From assembly GCF_009734345.1 (NCBI RefSeq), contig NZ_CP032551.1, positions 870,001-902,000 on the forward strand: a stretch of DNA of 32,000 nucleotides, written 5' to 3'. Made by a program: the position numbers and the translations under genes. Of this stretch, positions 25,486 through 32,000 are shown in pieces (position 1 is the first letter of the stretch; each line of letters starts with the position of its first letter). The notes under the pieces are model-generated. The model had not been told where the DNA came from, did not search any database, and saw only the letters and a list, made by a program, of their open reading frames with translations. The stretch is from Pseudidiomarina andamanensis. Its GTDB lineage: Bacteria; Pseudomonadota; Gammaproteobacteria; Enterobacterales; Alteromonadaceae.

Positions 25486-26191
25486 TTCAAAGAAGTTTGC
25501 TTTAGTGACCGGCGCAGGTCGTCGATTTGGCTTAGCTTTGGCACATGCACTGCTCGATGAGGGGTATCAGGTACTTGCTCATTACAACACGTCTAAAGAC
25601 GGCATAGATGAACTTGAACAGCGCGGTGCCATTGGTTTACAAGCAAACTTAGCAAACTTAAATGACGTGCATCAGTTAATTCAGGCTGTGCAACAACATT
25701 GCCCGAAATTGCATCTATTGGTTAACAACGCATCATGCTTTTTTGATAACCAACGTGTGGATGAAAGTGATGCCAATCTCGTCGCGGTATTAAATGTGCA
25801 CACCGCAGCGCCCTACTTGCTGATTAACAAGCTACAGCAGCAGCTCACCAATGCCGAAGGTAGTGTCGTTAATATCACCGACATCTATGTTGATAGCCCC
25901 TCTACCGACTATATCGCGTATTGCGCAGCGAAAGCTGGTTTAGCAAGTTTGACACAAGCATTTGCCAAAAAATTAGCCCCAGCGGTGCGCGTTAACGCAA
26001 TCCAGCCGGGGCCAATATTATTTTTGCCTGAGCACGATAGCCAGCACCGTAAAAAAGTACTCGCTGAAACACCACTGAACCTTGAAGGAGGTTTAGAGCC
26101 GATGATAGCTGCGGTGCGCTTTTTACGCGACAACCCATTTATCACCGGCGAATCCATCAAAGTAGATGGTGGCCGCGCTTTGACCATTTAG
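25478..26191 (+). CDS. folM: FolM-type short-chain dehydrogenase (pteridine / dihydromonapterin reductase-like)
   Basis: Trimmed to the ATG at 25478, with AAGGGG 7 nt upstream and an 8-nt overlap with the HPPK-like stop. VTGAGRRFG fits the TGxxxRxG signature that distinguishes FolM/PTR1-like SDRs from the classical TGxxxGxG. The catalytic YCAAK is present. Confidence 0.7.
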   Translation: MTNSKKFALVTGAGRRFGLALAHALLDEGYQVLAHYNTSKDGIDELEQRGAIGLQANLANLNDVHQLIQAVQQHCPKLHLLVNNASCFFDNQRVDESDANLVAVLNVHTAAPYLLINKLQQQLTNAEGSVVNITDIYVDSPSTDYIAYCAAKAGLASLTQAFAKKLAPAVRVNAIQPGPILFLPEHDSQHRKKVLAETPLNLEGGLEPMIAAVRFLRDNPFITGESIKVDGGRALTI

Positions 26192-28869
26192 GCCGCAAGC
26201 ATTTGTCTTAAAACATAGTGTAATATGCCGCCGCTACGGTAGTACTGCAATTCATTACCCGTATCGATGCGGCACTTCACTTCAAACTCAACGGCTGAGC
26301 CATCAGCTTTCTTCGCTTTAACTTTCAGCATCTGACCTGGTTTCAAATCACTATTGATTCCGACGATGCTAATTTGCTCATCACCCGTTAGTCCATGCGC
26401 TTGCACACCTTCGCCGTCGACGAATTGTAGTGGCAACACACCCATGCCAACCAAATTCGAGCGGTGAATTCGTTCAAAGCTCTCGGCGATAACAGCTTTC
26501 ACACCTAGCAACGTCGTACCTTTTGCAGCCCAATCTCGGCTTGAACCGGTACCGTACTCTTTGCCCGCTAAAACCACCAACGGTGTGCCTTCTTGCTGAT
26601 ATTGCATGGCCGCATCATAAATTGCCATTTGCTTGCCACTTGGCACATGACGTGTAAAGCCACCTTCAACACCGTCTAGCATTTGGTTCTTAATGCGAAT
26701 ATTGGCAAATGTGCCGCGCATCATTACCTCGTGATTTCCGCGACGCGAGCCATATGAGTTGAAGTCTTTCACCGCTACACCATTTTCTTGCAAGTATTTA
26801 CCTGCTGGTGAATCAGGCTTAATTGAACCAGCTGGTGAGATATGGTCGGTAGTAATAGAGTCGGCAAATACCGCCAGTACACGCGCATCTTTTACATCTG
26901 CAAGTGGCGCTAATGGCTTATCAATACCAATAAAGTACGGTGGATTTTTCACGTAAGTTGAATCGTCACTCCAGTTGTAGGTTTTACCCTCGCCGATTGG
27001 AATAGAACGCCACTCGTCGTCACCTTTAAATACTTCACCATATTCTTTGCTAAACATTTCGCCATCAACCAAGCGCACAGCTTCCGCAATTTCGGCACTG
27101 GTTGGCCAAATGTCTTTCAAGTACACCGGATTACCCGAACTGTCTTCGGCAATCGGATCATTACTCAAATCAATGCGCGTTGTTCCCGCTAACGCATACG
27201 CAACCACTAACGGTGGTGACGCTAACCAGTTGGCTTTAACATCCTGGTGAATACGCCCTTCGAAGTTTCGGTTACCAGACAGTACCGATGATACGGTTAA
27301 GTTACCTTCACGAATGGCATCGGTGATTTCATCCGGTAATGGGCCTGAATTACCGATACAGGTCGTACAGCCATAACCGACAAGGTTAAAACCGAGTTTA
27401 TCTAAGTATTCAGTTAAACCCGCTTTGGCTAAATAATCAGTCACAACTTTTGAGCCAGGAGCTAACGAAGATTTCACCCAAGGCTTACGATTAATACCTT
27501 TCTCAAGGGCTTTCTTCGCAACCAAACCAGCTGCCATCATGACGCTTGGGTTTGAGGTATTGGTACACGAGGTAATCGCAGCGATGACCACATCGCCATG
27601 CGATAAGCTGTAATCTTTCCCCTTTACCTTAATTGCTTTGTCTGCTTCAGCTGACTGGCCATTGGTTTCTAAGAACAAATCAAAGGCTGAGCCCAACTGC
27701 GGCATGCCGACACGGTCTTGTGGACGTTTCGGGCCTGCCAAAGACGCTTCAACAGTACTTAAATCTAATTCTAAAGAATCGGTGAACACGGGTTCGTTAC
27801 CTGAATCGCGCCACATGCCCTGAGCTTTGGCATAAGCCTCTACTAGCGCAATGGTATCGTCGTCGCGCCCCGACAACTCCAGGTAACGCAAGGTTTCTTG
27901 GTCAACTGGGAAGAAGCCACAAGTTGCACCATATTCTGGTGCCATATTACCGATAGTCGCGCGGTCAGCGAGTGGCAAATTGTCTAAGCCAGGACCATAA
28001 AATTCGACAAGTTTACCTACCACACCGTGTTTGCGTAACATCTGCGTGACGGTTAACACCAAATCGGTTGCAGTGACCCCCTCTGGTAATTTCCCTGTCA
28101 TTCGGAAACCAACAACCTCAGGAATTAACATGGAAACAGGTTGTCCGAGCATTGCGGCTTCCGCTTCAATACCACCAACTCCCCAACCAAGTACACCAAG
28201 GCCGTTAATCATTGTGGTGTGTGAGTCGGTACCAACTAAAGTATCCGGCATCACATAAGTTTTCCCGTCTTGCTCTTTCGTCCAAGCAACTTTGGCTAAA
28301 TACTCCAAATTGACTTGGTGACAGATACCCGTGCCTGGCGGCACCACGCGGAAGTTTTCAAACGCATTTTGGCCCCAACGCAAAAACTGATAGCGTTCGA
28401 AGTTACGTTCCATCTCTATGCGAACGTTCTCTTTAAAGGCTTCTGGCGTCGCAAATTTATCCACCATCACCGAATGGTCAATCACCAAGTCGACCGCCGA
28501 CAATGGATTAATCTGATTCGGATCTTGGCCTGCTTTCGCAACAGCGTCACGCATAGCAGCCAAATCAACCACCGCCGGTACACCGGTAAAATCTTGCATG
28601 AGTACGCGCGCTGGTCGGTACTGAATTTCTCGATCTGAGCTACGCTTATCAAGCCATTTCGCTATTGCCTCAATATCCTCAGCCGTAACCGTGTCGCCGT
28701 CTTCATTGCGAAGCAAGTTCTCTAACAGTACTTTCATTGATGTTGGTAATTTCTTCACATCGGCAATGCTAGCGAGTTTTTCTGCTGCCTTCGGCAAGCT
28801 GTGATAGTGATAGGTCTTACCGTTTACTTCTAACGTACTTAACGTTTTCAAGCTGTCGTTGCTCGACAT
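26188..28869 (-). CDS. acnA: aconitate hydratase A
   Basis: 893 aa (E. coli AcnA is 891 aa). The Fe-S cluster cysteines lie in [10 protein letters not shown] and [10 protein letters not shown]. The swivel domain carries [10 protein letters not shown]. An AGGAG Shine-Dalgarno lies upstream. Confidence 0.95.
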   Translation of the reverse strand: MSSNDSLKTLSTLEVNGKTYHYHSLPKAAEKLASIADVKKLPTSMKVLLENLLRNEDGDTVTAEDIEAIAKWLDKRSSDREIQYRPARVLMQDFTGVPAVVDLAAMRDAVAKAGQDPNQINPLSAVDLVIDHSVMVDKFATPEAFKENVRIEMERNFERYQFLRWGQNAFENFRVVPPGTGICHQVNLEYLAKVAWTKEQDGKTYVMPDTLVGTDSHTTMINGLGVLGWGVGGIEAEAAMLGQPVSMLIPEVVGFRMTGKLPEGVTATDLVLTVTQMLRKHGVVGKLVEFYGPGLDNLPLADRATIGNMAPEYGATCGFFPVDQETLRYLELSGRDDDTIALVEAYAKAQGMWRDSGNEPVFTDSLELDLSTVEASLAGPKRPQDRVGMPQLGSAFDLFLETNGQSAEADKAIKVKGKDYSLSHGDVVIAAITSCTNTSNPSVMMAAGLVAKKALEKGINRKPWVKSSLAPGSKVVTDYLAKAGLTEYLDKLGFNLVGYGCTTCIGNSGPLPDEITDAIREGNLTVSSVLSGNRNFEGRIHQDVKANWLASPPLVVAYALAGTTRIDLSNDPIAEDSSGNPVYLKDIWPTSAEIAEAVRLVDGEMFSKEYGEVFKGDDEWRSIPIGEGKTYNWSDDSTYVKNPPYFIGIDKPLAPLADVKDARVLAVFADSITTDHISPAGSIKPDSPAGKYLQENGVAVKDFNSYGSRRGNHEVMMRGTFANIRIKNQMLDGVEGGFTRHVPSGKQMAIYDAAMQYQQEGTPLVVLAGKEYGTGSSRDWAAKGTTLLGVKAVIAESFERIHRSNLVGMGVLPLQFVDGEGVQAHGLTGDEQISIVGINSDLKPGQMLKVKAKKADGSAVEFEVKCRIDTGNELQYYRSGGILHYVLRQMLAA

Positions 28870-28890
28870 AGCTTACTCCTTTTTTAAACG

Positions 28891-28922
28891 ATGCATCCCC
28901 TAAGCTTAGTCACAAATTTGTG
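28891..28922. promoter_or_regulatory. cluster of three perfect palindromes in the acnA upstream/leader region (candidate operators)
   Basis: ATGCAT (28891-28896), CTAAGCTTAG (28900-28909) and CACAAATTTGTG (28911-28922) lie 22-53 nt upstream of the acnA ATG at 28869. Confidence 0.3.
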
Positions 28923-28974
28923 GTTCAGCCATAGCGTTTATCTATATTCACTATGGGTATATTAATTGCAAAGA

Positions 28975-28996
28975 TCAACCAACTACCAACCAACTA
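28975..28996. repeat. tandem 11-bp direct repeat (T/C)CAACCAACTA x2
   Basis: TCAACCAACTA (28975-28985) is followed directly by CCAACCAACTA (28986-28996). It sits in the 215-nt divergent acnA / GGDEF intergenic region. Confidence 0.6.
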
Positions 28997-29084
28997 ACAT
29001 CTTGAATCCGTACCACATTACAAATAATTAAGCCTGATAAACAGCTAAGCATTTTGCTTCTGCGTACGTCATGCTATAACTGCT

Positions 29085-30008
29085 ATGTCACTCTTTTGGA
29101 AGATTAAAGCAATGCCGCACGCGAAGCTCGCTCAATTTAAAGCTCTGGGAAAGTACATGGACTTGTTACTTGATGCGATCTGTGTAGTTAATCCGAGTGG
29201 TGAGTTTATTTATGTTAGTGCCGGTGCAGAGCGCGTATTCGGTTACCAACCTGATGAAATGATTGGGCAATCAATGTTCCAATTTATGCATCCTGACGAT
29301 CACGATAAGACACGGAAAGTCGCCGCCGAAATCATGCAAGGCGTAGCAAAAGTAAACTTTGAAAATCGTTACATACGAAAAAATGGTGAAGTTGCTCATA
29401 TACTTTGGTCGGCGCGCTATTCGAAAGATGATGATATTCGAATTGCCGTCGCTCGCGACATTACCGAGCAACGCCAAGCTGAAGTTGAACGACTTAAGTT
29501 ATTGCAACAACTTGAACAGCAGGCGCTGTTCGACCCATTAACTGAGCTTCCAAATCGAGCGTACTTCTATCAAAAAGCGCTACAAGCATTGCAACGTCAA
29601 AGTGATATTGCGTTGCTGTACCTAGATTTGGATAAGTTTAAGCAGATTAATGATAGTTTTGGACATGCTGTTGGCGATCAGGTACTCAAAATAGCGGCGC
29701 AGCGGATTGTCCAGAGTCTGCGCAACCAAGATATCGTCGCTCGTATTGGCGGCGATGAATTCGTTGTTTTTCTTGAACGGGTGCAGTCCAACGAAGCTGC
29801 CACCGCTATCGCAGACAAAATTATCAACGCCTTTGTGGAGCCAATAGCAATTGCCCCTGATCAGTCATTTGAAATTGGCATCAGTATCGGTATTGCACTG
29901 TCGCATCAGCATGGTAATGACCTTGAGCTGCTTTTATTAAAAGCTGATAATGCCATGTATCGTGCGAAACAACATTTAAATCACCATGTTCTTGTGGCAT
30001 CAGAGTAA
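29085..30008 (+). CDS. PAS-GGDEF diguanylate cyclase (cytoplasmic)
   Basis: The PAS domain includes ICVVNPSGEFIYVSAGAERVFGYQPDEMIGQSMFQFMHPDD. The GGDEF domain has an intact active site (RIGGDEFVVF) and an RxxD I-site (RNQD) five residues upstream. The ATG at 29112 (MPHAKL...) is a possible alternative start. Confidence 0.85.
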   Translation: MSLFWKIKAMPHAKLAQFKALGKYMDLLLDAICVVNPSGEFIYVSAGAERVFGYQPDEMIGQSMFQFMHPDDHDKTRKVAAEIMQGVAKVNFENRYIRKNGEVAHILWSARYSKDDDIRIAVARDITEQRQAEVERLKLLQQLEQQALFDPLTELPNRAYFYQKALQALQRQSDIALLYLDLDKFKQINDSFGHAVGDQVLKIAAQRIVQSLRNQDIVARIGGDEFVVFLERVQSNEAATAIADKIINAFVEPIAIAPDQSFEIGISIGIALSHQHGNDLELLLLKADNAMYRAKQHLNHHVLVASE

Positions 30009-30018
30009 CAGCCAACGC

Positions 30019-30046
30019 TTGTGCCCAAGCGACAAGCTCTTATAAT
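30019..30046 (+). promoter_or_regulatory. candidate sigma70 promoter for tesB (TTGTGC-N16-TATAAT)
   Basis: A perfect -10 TATAAT lies at 30041-30046, 39 nt upstream of the tesB ATG. The -35 matches 3 of 6 positions. This is pattern evidence only. Confidence 0.35.
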
Positions 30047-30084
30047 ACACTGATTAGACCAGTTGAATTTCTGAAGGAACACGA

Positions 30085-30948
30085 ATGAGTCAGGTATTGG
30101 ATGATCTTCTTAACTTGTTGAAGTTAGAAACCATTGAACAAGGTATTTATCGTGGACAAAGTCAGGATTTAGGCTTTGGCGCCGTATTTGGCGGCCAAGT
30201 GATTGGCCAAGCTTTATCGGCAGCCAAAGAAACCCTACCTGAAGACCGCAAAGTTCACTCGCTACACACCTACTTTTTACGTCCCGGTGATGCGCATAAA
30301 CCCATTATTTATGACGTTGAAAATATTCGCGACGGCAAAAGTTTTTCAACTCGCCGAGTGCAAGCTATTCAATACGGTAAACCGATTTTCTATATGACTG
30401 CGTCTTTTCAAATTGAAGAGCTGGGGTTTGAGCACCAAGACACCATGCCTGAAGTGCCTGGACCGGAAGGACTGGTTTCGGATATCGATATATACCGAGA
30501 ACATGCTGAGCTCATACCAGAAGCAATCCGTAATAAGTTTATCTCGGAAAAGCCGATTGAAATGCGCTTCGTAACTGCGAATAACCCATTTAAACCAAAA
30601 GTGGATGAGCCGCGCCGTTACGTTTGGCTGCGTGCCAACGGCCCTATGCCGAATGATTCTCGGGTACATAAGTATTTGCTTGCCTATGCTTCTGATTTCA
30701 ACTTTCTGCCAACGGCATTACAGCCGCATGGTTATAGTTTTGCACAACCGAATATTCAAATGGCGACTATTGACCACTCTATGTGGTTCCACAAAGATTT
30801 TCGCATGGACGATTGGTTGCTATATGCTATCGATAGTCCGGTGGCGACAGGCGCTCGCGGCTTGGTTAGGGGACAAATATTCTCCCGCGATGGCACCTTA
30901 GTGGCATCAACCATGCAAGAAGGTGTGGTACGAAAACACGGTAACTAA
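30085..30948 (+). CDS. tesB: acyl-CoA thioesterase II
   Basis: 287 aa, near-collinear with my memory of E. coli TesB ([19 protein letters not shown]...[53 protein letters not shown]). Confidence 0.93.
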   Translation: MSQVLDDLLNLLKLETIEQGIYRGQSQDLGFGAVFGGQVIGQALSAAKETLPEDRKVHSLHTYFLRPGDAHKPIIYDVENIRDGKSFSTRRVQAIQYGKPIFYMTASFQIEELGFEHQDTMPEVPGPEGLVSDIDIYREHAELIPEAIRNKFISEKPIEMRFVTANNPFKPKVDEPRRYVWLRANGPMPNDSRVHKYLLAYASDFNFLPTALQPHGYSFAQPNIQMATIDHSMWFHKDFRMDDWLLYAIDSPVATGARGLVRGQIFSRDGTLVASTMQEGVVRKHGN

Positions 30949-30963
30949 ACATCCTAACCAATC

Positions 30964-30992
30964 AAAAAAGGCGCCGTCATGGCGCCTTTTTT
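30964..30992. terminator. bidirectional Rho-independent terminator between tesB and nupC
   Basis: AAAAAAGGCGCC-GTCAT-GGCGCCTTTTTT: a GC stem with an A-tract on one side and a T-tract on the other. It lies 16 nt after the tesB stop and 16 nt after the nupC stop. Confidence 0.85.
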
Positions 30993-31007
30993 ATATCACT
31001 TTAATCG

Positions 31008-32000
31008 TTAACCAAGTGAGTAAAAGAAGCCAGCAATGGCTGCACTCATCATGTTCGCTAACGTAGCAGCTAATAATGCTTTAATACCCAAACGAGCAAT
31101 ATCGTGGCGACGGCTCGGCGCCATCCCCCCTAACCCACCAAGCAAAATTGCAATCGATGAAAAGTTTGCAAAGCCACACAGTACAAAGGTGATAATTACC
31201 TGGCTGTGCATGCTCAGTTGATCTTTGTAATTGACGAAGTCTAAGTAGGCAACGAACTCATTGATAACCAACTTTTGTCCAATAAAGCTACCCGCTAAAT
31301 GGGCTTCATCCCAACTCACGCCCAATACGTAGGCGACCGGCTGGAACACATAGCCGAACAATTGCTGCAATGATAAATCAGGGTAACCAAACCAGCTACC
31401 AACCCAGCCAAACAAGCCATTGATTAACGCAATCAAGGCGACGAATGCGATAAGCATCGCCCCCACATTAATTGCCAACTGCACACCACTTGAAGCACCA
31501 GCGGCTGCGGCATCAATAACGTTTACTGAACGATCTTCGACTTCGACACTATCGGTGGCATCACCAGTTTTACCGGAAATAATATTCTCAATATCTTCAC
31601 GCGGTTTTTCAGTTTCTGGAATGATCATCTTGGCCATCAGTAGACCCGCAGGTGCAGCCATGAAACTTGCTGCAATCAGATATTTCAGCTCAACCCCGAC
31701 TCCGGCATAACCGGCCAGTACTGAACCTGAGACCGATGCCATGCCACCAACCATTACGGCAAACAATTCAGAGCGCGTCATGCTCGCAATAAACGGACGC
31801 ACCATCATTGGTGCTTCTGTTTGTCCTACAAACACGTTTGCTGCCGCTGACATTGACTCTGGTCGGCTACTACCAATAATTTTCTGCAAAGTGCCACCCA
31901 GAATGCGGATGATCCATTTCATGATACCGAGGTAATAAAGCACTGAAATTAACGATGAGAAAAATACAATGACGCTAAGAACTTGAATGGCAAATACAAA
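31008..32000 (-). CDS. nupC: NupC-family (CNT) nucleoside:cation symporter; the N-terminal part lies beyond the right window edge
   Basis: The frame stays open from the track's GTG at 31943 to position 32000 (my translation [36 protein letters not shown]). This matches the conserved central region of NupC, so the true start is outside the window. Confidence 0.85.
   Translation of the reverse strand, partial: FVFAIQVLSVIVFFSSLISVLYYLGIMKWIIRILGGTLQKIIGSSRPESMSAAANVFVGQTEAPMMVRPFIASMTRSELFAVMVGGMASVSGSVLAGYAGVGVELKYLIAASFMAAPAGLLMAKMIIPETEKPREDIENIISGKTGDATDSVEVEDRSVNVIDAAAAGASSGVQLAINVGAMLIAFVALIALINGLFGWVGSWFGYPDLSLQQLFGYVFQPVAYVLGVSWDEAHLAGSFIGQKLVINEFVAYLDFVNYKDQLSMHSQVIITFVLCGFANFSSIAILLGGLGGMAPSRRHDIARLGIKALLAATLANMMSAAIAGFFYSLG

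Noticed and set aside
28891-28965. A 24-codon plus-strand ORF in the acnA leader (MHPLSLVTNLWFSHSVYLYSLWVY).
   Set aside because: It has no Shine-Dalgarno, lies antisense to the acnA 5' region, and has no coupling to any neighbour, unlike the 39-aa ORF at 22894..23013.
30016-30037. Two mutually exclusive 6-bp hairpins after the GGDEF gene stop (CGCTTG-tgcc-CAAGCG, or GCTTGT-N9-ACAAGC), considered as a terminator.
   Set aside because: The stems are short, there is no U-tract, and the region overlaps the putative tesB -35. The evidence is insufficient to call a terminator.
31941-31943. A GTG start for nupC as given by the ORF track (311 aa).
   Set aside because: The frame remains open to the window edge, and the upstream residues (…[16 protein letters not shown]…) are conserved NupC core sequence. 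The gene is truncated by the window, not by a start at 31943.
1-32000. A search for CRISPR arrays, tRNA/rRNA genes, IS elements, integrases, toxin-antitoxin pairs or known defence-system genes.
   Set aside because: By eye I found no repeat-spacer periodicity, no cloverleaf-like or rRNA-like segments in the short intergenic regions, and no transposase, recombinase or typical defence domains. The only nucleases present are secretion- or competence-associated. A by-eye scan cannot exclude short or degenerate elements.

Overview
This is a densely packed chromosomal segment of a Gram-negative gammaproteobacterium. Synteny is E. coli-like (comEC-msbA-lpxK-ycaR-kdsB, and lolCDE next to mfd). A CsiV-like gene, an ExeM-like nuclease and NupC suggest a marine Alteromonadales/Vibrionales-type organism, but that is a guess because no search was possible. 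I support 28 protein-coding genes from the ORF track, one edge-truncated gene missing from the track (kdsB), and one untracked 39-aa micro-ORF. I saw no rRNA, tRNA, CRISPR array, transposase, integrase or phage genes. Positions 1-14200 and 26188-32000 are ordinary housekeeping (LPS/lipid A, Lol, Mfd, aconitase, TesB, NupC). The accessory-looking part is 14.2-26.2 kb. (a) A MarR regulator overlaps a lipoprotein ExeM/NucH-type extracellular nuclease. Next come an ECF sigma, a non-ZAS anti-sigma and a secreted PDZ protein, then a lipoprotein PhoA with a Pho-box-like promoter. (b) The best candidate for an undescribed system is a five-cistron, translationally coupled minus-strand operon at 24972-19790. 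It encodes a bitopic beta-rich membrane protein, a sodium:solute symporter, the 39-aa micro-protein, an aspartate-carbamoyltransferase paralogue, and a long glutamine-dependent AsnB-type amidotransferase. The paralogue keeps the carbamoyl-phosphate site but has lost the aspartate-binding Arg/Gln. I read the operon as a carbamoylation-plus-amidation small-molecule pathway with a dedicated transporter; the product is unknown. (c) A divergent HPPK-like gene is coupled to a FolM-type pteridine reductase. Other observations: three convergent gene pairs with overlapping 3' ends, a 9-bp hairpin spanning two stop codons, a 13-bp hairpin that buries the ECF sigma ribosome-binding site, and clustered palindromes upstream of acnA. 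All functional calls come from by-eye motif and family recognition, and no database search was run.
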